From NCBI GenBank assembly GCA_963733295.1, contig CAVTCS010000003.1, forward strand, positions 1,888,001 through 1,952,000: a stretch of 64,000 nucleotides of DNA, given 5' to 3'. The notes beneath the pieces are model-generated. The model ran no database searches. It was given only the letters and a program-made list of their open reading frames with translations, and was not told the DNA's origin. This DNA comes from Vulcanimicrobiota bacterium. Lineage in GTDB: Bacteria > Vulcanimicrobiota > Vulcanimicrobiia > Vulcanimicrobiales > Vulcanimicrobiaceae. How positions within the stretch are numbered: the stretch's first letter is position 1; every line of letters begins with the position of its first letter. Below are positions 18,966-28,474 of this stretch, one piece after another. Made by a program: the position numbers and the translations under genes.

Positions 18966-19255
18966 TACCAGTCGCCCATACGCTCTTCGTCGACTTCACC
19001 CTCGAAGGCGATCGTACCGGGCGCCAAGATCGCGGCGACGAGCGGCACGCCCTCGAACGAGAGGCGCGCCGAATGCAAGTGCGCCGTTGCGGGATCGCGC
19101 TCGTAGAGCGCGCAGTAACGCGCCAAAACGTCCGGCGCGCAGACAACGCGATGCGGCCGGACGTTGTAGAGTTCCCTGAATCGCGCGAAGGCGCGCTCGA
19201 AATCCGAAGCGGAGAACGTCCTTCCTAAATTGACTTCGCGACGAACGTTCTCCAA
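18965..19255 (-). CDS. Hypothetical protein (96 aa)
   Basis: AGGAG 7 nt before TTG 19255; stop overlaps the next start (TAATG). Confidence 0.65.
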   Translation of the reverse strand: MENVRREVNLGRTFSASDFERAFARFRELYNVRPHRVVCAPDVLARYCALYERDPATAHLHSARLSFEGVPLVAAILAPGTIAFEGEVDEERMGDW

Positions 19256-19274
19256 CCGCGGCTCCTGCCTTGCG

Positions 19275-19586
19275 TTACATCGGGATGGTTTCGTAGATCT
19301 CGACGGTTCCGCCGCTGCCCAGGACCGGACACTTCTTTGCCATGCCGGCTGCCGCATCGAGATTCTCGGCCTTGATGAGCGAGTAGCCCGTCAAGCGCGA
19401 ACCCCCGCCGTCGTTGACGTTTCCGTTCGACCCGACCGACTTCGACGGACCGAAGGGAGTTCCGTGATCGACGACTGCCGAGCCGAGGCCTCCGAACCAT
19501 GCCATCCAAGCCGCCATCGCGGCCTGCTGTTCCGCCTCAGTCGCCGCCATGCCGCCGCCTTTGTACACGAATACATAGTTAGCCAT
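19275..19586 (-). CDS. YCII-related protein
   Basis: Y+FVYKGG...W..WF..LG...GYSLIKAENLDAA..MAKKCP....GTVEIYE. Confidence 0.8.
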   Translation of the reverse strand: MANYVFVYKGGGMAATEAEQQAAMAAWMAWFGGLGSAVVDHGTPFGPSKSVGSNGNVNDGGGSRLTGYSLIKAENLDAAAGMAKKCPVLGSGGTVEIYETIPM

Positions 19587-19625
19587 AAGCCTTCTCCTTC
19601 TTATCGTTGTGGTTGAGAATTCGAG

Positions 19626-20072
19626 CTACTGCTTGAAATTGAACGTAGCGAGTCTCGCGAGCGCTTCTTCCCAACCGACCTTGTACTGCGGTGTGGCTGC
19701 CTCGGCTGGGAAACCGCCGTGCGTTATGCGGATCTCGGTTTGCGCTCCGCGGTCGTCGAACTCGACGGTCACGAGCGTTTCGAGCGAATCGGGGATCCCG
19801 TTTTCCCAGTGCCAGGTGTACACGAGCCGGCTCGGCGGCGTGACTTCGCGGTAGCTTCCCGCGACGACCAGCGTCGGGCCCTCGAGCCCCTCCATCACGA
19901 ATCGATACGCACCACCCGGGCGCAAATCGACCTCAGCGGTCGGCGTCAACATTCCGATCGGTCCCCACCACTGCTTGATGCGTTCCGGATCGGTCCAGGC
20001 GCGAAAGACCTCGTCGCGCGGCGCGTCGAGAATGCGCGAAACCTGAAGTTCGCGCGTAGAGGGCTGCGTCAT
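19626..20072 (-). CDS. SRPBCC/AHSA1 domain protein
   Basis: APRDEVFRAWTDPE, DLRPGGAYR, RLVYTW, GWEEALARL; ATGA overlap with the ArsR gene. Confidence 0.9.
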   Translation of the reverse strand: MTQPSTRELQVSRILDAPRDEVFRAWTDPERIKQWWGPIGMLTPTAEVDLRPGGAYRFVMEGLEGPTLVVAGSYREVTPPSRLVYTWHWENGIPDSLETLVTVEFDDRGAQTEIRITHGGFPAEAATPQYKVGWEEALARLATFNFKQ

Positions 20073-20410
20073 GGCGAAGGTTCCTTGCCGGCGGCGAGGT
20101 GTTGAGCGAACGCGTCCAAACGCGCATCCCAAAAGGTGCGATAGAACGCAAGCCAATCGTCGGCGACGCGAAGCGGTGCCGACGCGAGCTTGCAGCGACG
20201 GACGCGCCCGACCCTGCGGTGGGTTAAGAGACCGGCTCGCTCGAGCACGCCGAGGTGCTTGGTGACCGCCGGCAGCGACACGTGGAAGGGCGCAGCAAGC
20301 TCCGAGACCGAGGCCTCGCCGGCCGCCAGCCGCTGCACGATCGCCCGCCGCGTGGGGTCGGACAGTGCGGCAAAGACCGCGTCGAGATCGTCCGGCGAAT
20401 ACTTAACCAT
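20069..20410 (-). CDS. ArsR/SmtB family transcriptional regulator
   Basis: C-terminal part of track ORF 20069..21736: VFAALSDPTRRAI, SVSELA.PF, HLGVLERAGL. Confidence 0.9.
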   Translation of the reverse strand: MVKYSPDDLDAVFAALSDPTRRAIVQRLAAGEASVSELAAPFHVSLPAVTKHLGVLERAGLLTHRRVGRVRRCKLASAPLRVADDWLAFYRTFWDARLDAFAQHLAAGKEPSP

Positions 20411-20446
20411 TTGGTTTAGTATAGCTCGAACGGCCGGCAGGCGCAA
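20404..20446 (-). promoter_or_regulatory. Leaderless sigma70-type promoter and ArsR operator
   Basis: TTGCGC-17-TATACT ending 7 nt before ATG; inverted repeat AACCA-TT-TGGTT spans the start codon. Confidence 0.65.
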
Positions 20447-20497
20447 GCCCCGGCTCGCAAGGCGGAAGGCGGTGGCGCCGCCGAGTAAGCGATTGCA

Positions 20498-21355
20498 ATG
20501 CCCGCTCGCCTCCTCGATGGACGCGCACTCGCAGCCGAGTTGCGCGACGGACTCGCCGCGCGGACCGCCGCGCTCAGTGCCCGTGGAATCGTCCCACGGC
20601 TGCGCGTCGTTCTCGTTGGTGAGGACGAGGCGAGCCTCTCGTACGTCGCCGGAATGCAGCGCGTGGCCGCAAGGATCGGGACCGTGGTCGACGTCGAGGT
20701 TCTTCCGCTTTCGATCGACGACGCCGGCGTACGCGCGGCGCTCCAGCGCTACGCCGCCGATCGCCTCGTTCACGGCGTCATTTTGCAACAACCCCTCCCG
20801 CCGGCGCTCTCGATCCGCGCGATCGCCGACGCCATGCCGGCCGACAAAGACGTCGACGGCGCGAATCCCTACAATCAGGGCCGGCTCGCGTTTGCCACGG
20901 GCGCCCGATTCGTTCCGGCGACACCCGCGGCGGTGATGATGCTGCTCGAGCGCAGTGAGAAATGGCCGCTTCGCGGGCGCGAAGCCACGATCGTCGGGCG
21001 CTCGAACGTCGTCGGACTGCCGGTGGCCTTGCTCATCATGCAGCAAGACGCGACGGTGACGGTGACGCACCATAAAACGGTCGACTTGCGCGCTCACGTG
21101 CGGCGCGCCGAGGTGCTCGTCGTCGCCGCCGGCCAGCCGCATCTCATCGACGGCAGCTGGTTGCGTGAGGGCGCCACGGTGATCGACGTCGGGACGACGC
21201 TGATCGACGGCAAGTTGTTCGGCGACGTGGACTTCGAGAGCGCGCGAGCGGTGGCGGCGGAGATCACGCCCGTTCCGGGCGGCGTCGGTCCGGTGACCAA
21301 CATCGCTCTGATGACGAACCTGATCTCCGCCGCCGAATCGCTTAGCGCGCCCTAG
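20498..21355 (+). CDS. folD: Methylenetetrahydrofolate dehydrogenase/cyclohydrolase
   Basis: LLDGRALA, HGVILQQPLP, KDVDG, PATP, VGRSNVVGLP, GDVD, TPVPGGVGPVT. Confidence 0.92.
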   Translation: MPARLLDGRALAAELRDGLAARTAALSARGIVPRLRVVLVGEDEASLSYVAGMQRVAARIGTVVDVEVLPLSIDDAGVRAALQRYAADRLVHGVILQQPLPPALSIRAIADAMPADKDVDGANPYNQGRLAFATGARFVPATPAAVMMLLERSEKWPLRGREATIVGRSNVVGLPVALLIMQQDATVTVTHHKTVDLRAHVRRAEVLVVAAGQPHLIDGSWLREGATVIDVGTTLIDGKLFGDVDFESARAVAAEITPVPGGVGPVTNIALMTNLISAAESLSAP

Positions 21356-21813
21356 CTCGCGAGAAGCGCGGCGAGCTTGTCGAACGTCGTGGTCCAGCCG
21401 CGGTTGTGGCCGTCGCGCGATTCGACGGTCGCGAAACCCTCGTGCTTGAATACCATCTCGGTTTCGTCGCCGCGTTCGATGAAATCGATCGTCACTTGGG
21501 TCTGCGGGCCGGTCGCGCCCTCGACCGCAGGATCGTCGTCTTCCCAGGCCCACGTGTACGAAAGTTGCTCCGGTGGCCGGATTTTGGTGAACGTTCCGAC
21601 TGCGATGTTCCTGTCGCCGTCGGAGTCGAGGATCACGATGCGGTACGCACCGCCCTCGCGCAGATCGAGTGCGACCTCGGTCGCCGTCATGCCGGCGGGA
21701 CCGAACCATTGCCGCATGAGCTCCGGCTTGGTCCAAGCGTCGAAGACTCGCGCCCGCGACGCCTTGAAGGTGCGGCGAATGAGGAGCGCCGGGGCAGTAC
21801 CAGTGTCGGTCAT
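21352..21813 (-). CDS. SRPBCC/AHSA1 domain protein
   Basis: ASRARVFDAWTKPE, DLREGGAYR, LSYTWAW, HNRGWTTTFDKL. Confidence 0.88.
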   Translation of the reverse strand: MTDTGTAPALLIRRTFKASRARVFDAWTKPELMRQWFGPAGMTATEVALDLREGGAYRIVILDSDGDRNIAVGTFTKIRPPEQLSYTWAWEDDDPAVEGATGPQTQVTIDFIERGDETEMVFKHEGFATVESRDGHNRGWTTTFDKLAALLAS

Positions 21814-22004
21814 AGCGTTTGGCCTTTCAAATAGCGGGCGAGACATTCGAGCGAGCGATCCCAGTCCGGCCCGCATCGTCGTAAGCGCGGCGCCGGCCGC
21901 TCGGAAGGGGTAAACCAGCTGTACGGCGCGTCCGCCGTGGTCCAGGCGCCGAAGAGTCCGGCGCGAGGCGCGCGTGAAGCGCCATTGCGAGAACCAGACA
22001 TCAC
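21810..22004 (-). pseudogene. Internally deleted SRPBCC remnant (64 aa)
   Basis: Keeps SRPBCC N-motif (RAPRAGLFGAWTTAD...WFTP) and C-helix (WDRSLECLARYL) with no core; 4-nt overlaps with both neighbours. Confidence 0.55.
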
Positions 22005-22348
22005 GTGTTTCTCTTCTCCTCTGCCGACGTCCGAGCGAGATACGCATCGAGACTATCGAACGTTTGATTCCAAAAGCGCTCTTGCGCGTCGAGCCAGTCC
22101 GTCGCGCCGCGCATCGCGCGCGGTGACAGACGCAGATGGTGCTCGCGCCCCACGACCTTGCGCTTGAGCAGCCCGCTTCGCTCGAGCACTTTGATGTGCT
22201 TGGAGATCGCCGGTTGCGAAATCGCAAAGCCCGAGGCCAGCTCTCCGGCCGTGTGCTCGCCGCGGGTGAGCCGCTCCACCATCTTGCGGCGAACCGGGTC
22301 GGAAAGCGCCGCGAACACCCCGTCGAGCGTCGATTGATATTTAACCAT
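22001..22348 (-). CDS. ArsR/SmtB family transcriptional regulator
   Basis: MVKY..LDGVFAALSDPVRR, ISQPAISKHIKVLERSGL, GREH; paralog of 20069-20410. Confidence 0.9.
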   Translation of the reverse strand: MVKYQSTLDGVFAALSDPVRRKMVERLTRGEHTAGELASGFAISQPAISKHIKVLERSGLLKRKVVGREHHLRLSPRAMRGATDWLDAQERFWNQTFDSLDAYLARTSAEEKRNT

Positions 22349-22386
22349 CTGGTTATATGTTAGCGCAAAGCAAAACATCCTGTCAA
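22342..22386 (-). promoter_or_regulatory. Leaderless sigma70-type promoter and ArsR operator
   Basis: TTGACA-18-TAACAT ending 8 nt before ATG; palindrome TAACCA-TC-TGGTTA over the start codon. Confidence 0.75.
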
Positions 22387-22429
22387 GAGCGCCGCCTCGC
22401 GGTCGTCCCCTGTCGCGGGAGGTTAGCGG

Positions 22430-25400
22430 CTACCGGAAGATCGTCACCCGATTCGAATGGCCGATTGCGGAAACGGGCGGTCCGTACATGGCGTAGGCCG
22501 TAGGTGCTGCCGCCGTGAACGAACCGACCGTCGAGGCGCGAAGCCGATAGCGTAGGTGTAGCGGATTGTTCGCATTGACGCGGGCCGCAAAGAAGACCAC
22601 GCGATCGTCGAAGAACTGGAGCCCGCTCCAATCGTCGCCCGCCGAGTGTAGGCGTGGCTGATACTCGAGGCCGGCCGGCAGCGGGTCTTCGATCGCGACG
22701 AACTGAGAATCGCTTTTCGCGACGACCGTAACGTCCACCGTGATCTCGTCGCCGAGCTTCCACGGTCCGTTCGAGGCCGTCGAATACGTGCGCGAGACGG
22801 TGAAATCTTCCGATGTATCGGCGCCGAGTTCGACCGCTTCGCGCGGGTCGATTTCGCTAGCGGTGCCGTCGCGAACGTAGCGCGTCCAATCCGCACCCCA
22901 GTAAAGGCCGCCCGTTCCCGAGCGCTCGAAACGCAGGCGGCCACCGGCAGCGAGATCCTTTGCCGGCACGTCGATTTTAGCGCGATCCGCGTCGAGAATC
23001 GTTGAATCGATAGCAACCGTGCGGAGAAGCCGGTCGTTCAGGAACACGCGCACGGTCTCGTGGGGCGTAAATTCGGCGGGCTCGACGTCCATTGCTGCGG
23101 CGATCGCGCCGATCGCGGCGGCAGTATCCTTGGTCGTGTACCACCACGACCCGTGCGACTGCAAGCGCAACCACGCGATCGCGCGCCGCACGCGCGGATC
23201 CGAGGGAGCCATCGCGTGATAGAAGCGCAGGGCATACGCCGTCGTTTCGATCGGATCGTCTTCCCAGTGATAGTGCCAGCCGCCGCCGCTCCAGTGCGTC
23301 GAGCCTCCCGCGTCGATGGCGCGACGTTGCAGTTCTTCGAAGAGCGGCTGGGCGCCGGCACGATCCTTCAATTCGAGGTGAGCGAGTCCGAGTGCCGAGA
23401 GCGCGTACGGATTCAGCGTGGCGGCATGCCGGTCAGCCGCAGCAAGCTGGTCGCGGTCGACCTCTTGCGGAGCCGCGTCGGCCAGCGCGTAAAACATGTA
23501 CGCCCGGGTGTTCCACATCGAGCCGGGTTGGACGCCGCCCCAGTTGGCGCGCGTGTCGCCCTCAAGCGGAATTTGCGCTTTGAGGCTCGCGACGCCGCGT
23601 TGAAACATCTCGTCCGGGACGGGGTGGCCGTCCTTGCGAAGTTCGGCGAGGCCGTAAAGCGCGTAGGCGGTCATGTACGGATTCGGGGGATCGTGCTCCC
23701 ACCAACCCCATGAGCCGTCGCCGTGCTGCAACTTGTCCAGTCGCGCGACGGCGTGTTGTGCGATGAGGTTGGGGTTGGGATTCGCCGGCGGCGTCAAGCC
23801 GGTTTGTTTCGCAAGCTGTTCGACTTGAATCAGCGGCAAGGTGGTCGACATCGTTTGCTCGACGCAACCGTACGGATAAACATCCAACAGCCGGAGTCCG
23901 GCAAAGAGCTCCGCGATAATGCTGGGCGAAAGGTCGATCCGGAGATCGCCCGGTTCGGCGTGCGCGGGCAGAATCAGCGCCAGCGAGTCGTTCGCCGGAA
24001 GTGAGCCAGACCAGCGCGCATGCACGGGCACATTACTCGATTCGACCGGCAACGTGCGCAGCAGCCCATCGGAGAGCGACCCGGCGGTTCCGGCGAGTCG
24101 AATCGTTGTGGGGCCGAGCGTATTCGCGGCGACGTTGAAATCGGATGTCGCGCTGCCGTTTCCGTTAAAGGCCGCTCGCACGGTCATGTCGTCGACGCCG
24201 AGGGCGGGGGCGGAAAAGCGGAGCAACGTATGCGCTTGTCCCTTCGGCCCGTTCGCGCTCGCGACGAAGCGCGCCGAGTCGTCTTTGCGCATGAAGCGCG
24301 GCGTCGCGAGCCGCACGAGGAAGTCTTTCGTGACGAGCGCACCACCGCGGCCGCTGCCGACGTCGGACGCTTGCGTAACGGCGACTGCGGCCGTCGTGTA
24401 CGACGTCAGATTGTCGGGCCAGCGAAAACTCACGATCGCGTTGCCGTGCGCGTCCGTCGTGACTGAGGGCGACCAAAACGCGGTATCGCGGAAGTCGCTG
24501 CGCAGTTGCGCGAACGAAGGCATCCCCGTGTTCGTCAACGTGAAGCCTGGAACCGCCAGCAGCACGTTATTCTCGTTAGTTACAGCCAGTTTTCCGGTCG
24601 ACTGCAAAATGCGATTTTGGTCGATCGTGAACGCGTCCGTAGTTTGCGTCGGTTGGAAAGCGCCGGACTGGGTTCTTGCGGTGACGTGGCCAATCTCTCG
24701 CACTGCATAATAGGTGTGCAACGAAAAACCCGTATTTACTGAATGCCAAGATGTCGCGACCCTACGTTCCGCAACCGGACCCTTGTAGAAGACATCGAAC
24801 GGATCGCGCAGATCGTTCGGGGCAAGTGCCAGCAGCGAGTCGTCGACGACTCCCACTCCGATCTCGGCTTCTGCGGGATTTCCCGCCGAGTCGTGCACGG
24901 CGATGGCGAAATGCGCGGTCTCGCCGGGAGCGTACTTCGGTTTACTCGCCGTGATCCCAATCTTCAATCGATGGGGTTCCGGTGCTACGTTGACCGGCGT
25001 CAAGCTTCCCACCATGCCTTCGGCCGTCGGAATCCACACCCGAACGAAGTAGCGGGCGAGGTTCGCCGGAGGCGGCTGAACCTCGAACGTGGTTGCAACG
25101 GAATCCAGGTGTTGCACGAAGATTCGATCGCCCGAGTTCCACGCGACGTCGACGAGCGCATCAACGTTGGCCCGCGGAGTCGTGACCAGGATTTGGGCCG
25201 GTTCGCCCTGCGCGTACACGGGTTTTTGCGGTGCAAGGGTCGTTTGTTCGAAGCGATACCACGGCGGATACGACGCTCCGGCAATCCATATCTCACCGCG
25301 GCCGACCGCTTCGTCTCCGCGCTCGTCTTTTGCACGAGCTTCGACGAGCGCATACCCGGCCTCCGTAGGACGCCACGTAAGACCGGCTCGGCCCTCGTCA

Positions 25401-26911
25401 TCCGTCGTGACCGTTACATCCGGCGCCGCGGGCAGCTTGCTCTGGCTTTGGCCGTCCCACTTGAGCAACCAAAACGAGACCGTAACCGGCACGTGCGCAC
25501 GCGGCACGCCGCGCGTCGTCACCGATCTCACGCTAATCGCGACGTCGCTGCTCGTCGATGCAAACCATGTTCCGAACGAGAGCGGCAACTCGAACGAGGC
25601 GTGGGTAACCGGCACCACGGCGCTGCCGGTAACCGTCTTTCCCGAGTCGTCGCGTCCGTCGATCGAGACTTCGAGCTCGAGACCGGCATTGTCGGACACC
25701 GTAGGAACATACACTTTCGCGGAACCGTCGCGACCCGTTACCGCATCGCCCTCGACCGACTCCGTCGCCGGGCCCGGCGGCGAAACGTAATTTACAAAAC
25801 CGAACCGGAGAAACCGGCCGCTCCAAGGGAAGGATCGTTGGTTAAAAGACGCCTTGTAATGAAGCTTCATGCCGGCCGCGGGTTGCCCGAAAAAGTACCG
25901 CGAGCGCACGGTGAAAACGGCGATGTCTCCCGCCACGACATTTGTGGCGCGGGGTGCAACATCGACGACGTATTCCGGCTTTGCGTAGTCGGCCACGGTA
26001 AAGCGGCAAGAGCCCGAGCCGTTGCCGATAGTGTAGTTTCCTAAAGCTGCATCAACTGGAATGAGGTACTCGCCGTTCGCGGTGCCGTACTCTCCAAAGG
26101 TACGCTTCTCGCGAAAGACCTGCTTGCCGCTAGCGTCTGAAACCGTTATCTCCGTGTCGCCGGTCGGCAAAGTCTGCTCGCCGTTCGTCGTCGAGCGTTG
26201 GATGAGCCGATATTCGACGCGGTCGCCGGGCCGATAGAGGGGGCGATCCGTTTGGAAATACGCTTCTACCGTTGCCGGCGGTGCGAAACCGGGGGCGACA
26301 TCCGGCAAGACCAAAGAACCATCGTCGGCGCGAGCGACGAGAGTCGTTTTCGCGTTTGGTTCAAGCGGGAGCGAAAGCAGGCCGTTCGCATCCGCGCGGA
26401 ACGACGTGCCATCGGATTCCACGAAGCTCACGTCGGGCCGCTTGCGGAACGTCCGCAAGTCAACGGCATAGAACACTGCGTTCGCGGAGCTCCCGGCCGA
26501 AAAGACACCCAGTGTTGTCACCTCTACCGCGGCCAGAGCCGTATGGTTGCCGGCATTGACCACGACAGCGTACTGGCCGATCGGCAACGGGGGAAAGACA
26601 ACTTCTTCGCTCGAGCCGTTTTGCTGCGGCGGCCGCGACACGTGGCGAAGCGCGTGCGTAGTAGTGAAGTCGGCGTCCACATATCCGCCCGCCCGGACCT
26701 TCTTGTACGTCTCGAGGTCGACGCGATACACGTCGACGCTGAAAGCCGATGAAAAAGCCGTAACCATCAGCTTTATCGGCGTGCCCGGCGTGAACGCGGC
26801 GGACGACCCGCCGACAATTTGGATGCCTGTTCGCGCGCTGAGCGGCTCGACCTCACGCAGCGTGAGGAGAAAAAACATGGCGGCCGCGCAGAGGATGGCG
26901 CGCTGGCTCAT
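22430..26911 (-). CDS. Bacterial alpha-2-macroglobulin
   Basis: Signal peptide; TDRPLYRPGD (MG2), RSDFRDTAFW, PDNLT, thioester YPYGCVEQ, W.TTKDT, IEDPLPAG. Confidence 0.92.
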   Translation of the reverse strand: MSQRAILCAAAMFFLLTLREVEPLSARTGIQIVGGSSAAFTPGTPIKLMVTAFSSAFSVDVYRVDLETYKKVRAGGYVDADFTTTHALRHVSRPPQQNGSSEEVVFPPLPIGQYAVVVNAGNHTALAAVEVTTLGVFSAGSSANAVFYAVDLRTFRKRPDVSFVESDGTSFRADANGLLSLPLEPNAKTTLVARADDGSLVLPDVAPGFAPPATVEAYFQTDRPLYRPGDRVEYRLIQRSTTNGEQTLPTGDTEITVSDASGKQVFREKRTFGEYGTANGEYLIPVDAALGNYTIGNGSGSCRFTVADYAKPEYVVDVAPRATNVVAGDIAVFTVRSRYFFGQPAAGMKLHYKASFNQRSFPWSGRFLRFGFVNYVSPPGPATESVEGDAVTGRDGSAKVYVPTVSDNAGLELEVSIDGRDDSGKTVTGSAVVPVTHASFELPLSFGTWFASTSSDVAISVRSVTTRGVPRAHVPVTVSFWLLKWDGQSQSKLPAAPDVTVTTDDEGRAGLTWRPTEAGYALVEARAKDERGDEAVGRGEIWIAGASYPPWYRFEQTTLAPQKPVYAQGEPAQILVTTPRANVDALVDVAWNSGDRIFVQHLDSVATTFEVQPPPANLARYFVRVWIPTAEGMVGSLTPVNVAPEPHRLKIGITASKPKYAPGETAHFAIAVHDSAGNPAEAEIGVGVVDDSLLALAPNDLRDPFDVFYKGPVAERRVATSWHSVNTGFSLHTYYAVREIGHVTARTQSGAFQPTQTTDAFTIDQNRILQSTGKLAVTNENNVLLAVPGFTLTNTGMPSFAQLRSDFRDTAFWSPSVTTDAHGNAIVSFRWPDNLTSYTTAAVAVTQASDVGSGRGGALVTKDFLVRLATPRFMRKDDSARFVASANGPKGQAHTLLRFSAPALGVDDMTVRAAFNGNGSATSDFNVAANTLGPTTIRLAGTAGSLSDGLLRTLPVESSNVPVHARWSGSLPANDSLALILPAHAEPGDLRIDLSPSIIAELFAGLRLLDVYPYGCVEQTMSTTLPLIQVEQLAKQTGLTPPANPNPNLIAQHAVARLDKLQHGDGSWGWWEHDPPNPYMTAYALYGLAELRKDGHPVPDEMFQRGVASLKAQIPLEGDTRANWGGVQPGSMWNTRAYMFYALADAAPQEVDRDQLAAADRHAATLNPYALSALGLAHLELKDRAGAQPLFEELQRRAIDAGGSTHWSGGGWHYHWEDDPIETTAYALRFYHAMAPSDPRVRRAIAWLRLQSHGSWWYTTKDTAAAIGAIAAAMDVEPAEFTPHETVRVFLNDRLLRTVAIDSTILDADRAKIDVPAKDLAAGGRLRFERSGTGGLYWGADWTRYVRDGTASEIDPREAVELGADTSEDFTVSRTYSTASNGPWKLGDEITVDVTVVAKSDSQFVAIEDPLPAGLEYQPRLHSAGDDWSGLQFFDDRVVFFAARVNANNPLHLRYRLRASTVGSFTAAAPTAYAMYGPPVSAIGHSNRVTIFR

Positions 26912-27026
26912 TTCTCTACGTTCGACACGCTTAGCGGTTTACCGCCCGCCCCCCGTTCAAGCGGGCGATTATTTCACGACGGCGGCTCTCTTAGGGTAGT
27001 AGTCCAAGCGCTCGCGCGCTCGCGTT

Positions 27027-27746
27027 TCAGTTCTGGCTAAAGTGCTTGCCGAAGAACTTCTCTTGGTCGGCTCGCGCCGTGCCGCCGGGAGCTGCGATTC
27101 GCGTTTCGTGCGGAGCTTCGCGCTTGCGCTCGAGGAGCGAGCGCAGCTGCGGTAAGAGGCGCCGCAGGAACCCGAGCTCGACCGTGAGCCGTTGCTCGGT
27201 GTCGCACAATTCGAGCAGCCGCTGCTTCATCGAGTCGGCCACTTGCAAAGCGTCGCCTATGAGGAAGGATGCGTCGAGCGGATCCTCGGGCAGTTCGATG
27301 TCGGCGGCCATTCCCGAAAACTCCACCAACAGCCGCAAATACTCGCGGAAAACTCGACGGATCTCCTCGATCAAAGCGGCCACCGCCGGCGGGTCTTCCA
27401 TCTGGTCTTCGTCGACGTACGAGACGTCGACGAGCAGATACGGTTCGCGGGCGATCACGCGCTCGACGCGGAAGCGCTTGCAACCGGTCGTGCTGATGTA
27501 GTAACGGCCGCCTTCGAGCGGCTTGACGTCGCTGATCTCGGCCGTCGTGCCGACCTCGTGCGTCACCACGTTAGGATCCCCGGCTTCATCGCCGTCGCGG
27601 ATAAGTAGGACTCCGAACGGCTCGCCGCCTTCGAGACATTCGGAGACCATTTGCTTGTACCGCGGTTCGAAGATGTGCAGATTGAGCGCCGCGCCCGGAA
27701 AGAGCACGGTGTTCAACGGAAAGATCCTCAGGCGGACCGGCGACAC
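27027..27746 (-). CDS. LON peptidase substrate-binding domain protein
   Basis: IFPLNTVLFPG..L.LHIFEPRYKQMV, KQRLLE; no ATPase or protease domain. Confidence 0.88.
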   Translation of the reverse strand: MSPVRLRIFPLNTVLFPGAALNLHIFEPRYKQMVSECLEGGEPFGVLLIRDGDEAGDPNVVTHEVGTTAEISDVKPLEGGRYYISTTGCKRFRVERVIAREPYLLVDVSYVDEDQMEDPPAVAALIEEIRRVFREYLRLLVEFSGMAADIELPEDPLDASFLIGDALQVADSMKQRLLELCDTEQRLTVELGFLRRLLPQLRSLLERKREAPHETRIAAPGGTARADQEKFFGKHFSQN

Positions 27747-27747
27747 C

Positions 27748-28362
27748 TCAGGCCGGTGTGATCAAACGCGACTCCGCAACCTTCCAGTCGACGTTAGCGA
27801 AGAACGCTTCGATGTACTTGCCGCGTTCCGACGGCTTGTAGTCGAGCAGGAACGCATGCTCCCAGACGTCCATCACGAGAATCGGTTTGTAGCCGGCCAC
27901 GTTACCGTCTTCGTGCAGCGTGATCCAGTGATTGGAAATCCGGCCGGTCTTCGGATCCTGGAACGCGATCGCCCAGCCGACGCCACGCATCCCGCCGACC
28001 GCCGCGAAGTCTTTCTTCCACGAGTCGAAGTCACCGAAGCCCGCGGCGAGTGCGTCGTGCAGCTTTCCAGCGGCGGGACCGCCGTTCTTATTGGACGTCA
28101 TGTTGTCGAAATAATATTCGTGCAGGACCATACCATTGTATTCGAAGCCGAGCCGCCGCTTCAATTCGGCGTAACCCGGATTCGAGCCGGCGGCATTTCC
28201 GGCTTGAGTAATGGCCGCAATCTGCTCGTTCAGCAGGTTCGTGTTCTTGACGTAGCCTTCGTAAAGCCCGAAGTGCATGGTCAGGGTCTGGTCGGAAATG
28301 CCCTGCAAACCCGCGAGGTTCCACTTTTTCGGCGCGTACGATTCTTGCGCTAGCGTCGCCAT
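27748..28362 (-). CDS. Fe/Mn superoxide dismutase family protein
   Basis: Ligands MH, LHEYYF, DVWEHAF; GGAGGAG RBS before ATG 28362. Confidence 0.9.
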   Translation of the reverse strand: MATLAQESYAPKKWNLAGLQGISDQTLTMHFGLYEGYVKNTNLLNEQIAAITQAGNAAGSNPGYAELKRRLGFEYNGMVLHEYYFDNMTSNKNGGPAAGKLHDALAAGFGDFDSWKKDFAAVGGMRGVGWAIAFQDPKTGRISNHWITLHEDGNVAGYKPILVMDVWEHAFLLDYKPSERGKYIEAFFANVDWKVAESRLITPA

Positions 28363-28474
28363 TATAAACTCCTCCAAATCCGTCGTTCCATTTTGTCGGA
28401 CCGCGATGGTTCGACAACGGGCGAGACAGTCTTTGCCGACGAATGGTTCCCCGTCAAACAAGGGGCAAAACCAA

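Noticed and set aside
20411..21736. Long N-terminal extension or fusion on ArsR (555-aa ORF)
   Set aside because: The extension is the folD antisense frame; promoter and operator mark the start at 20410
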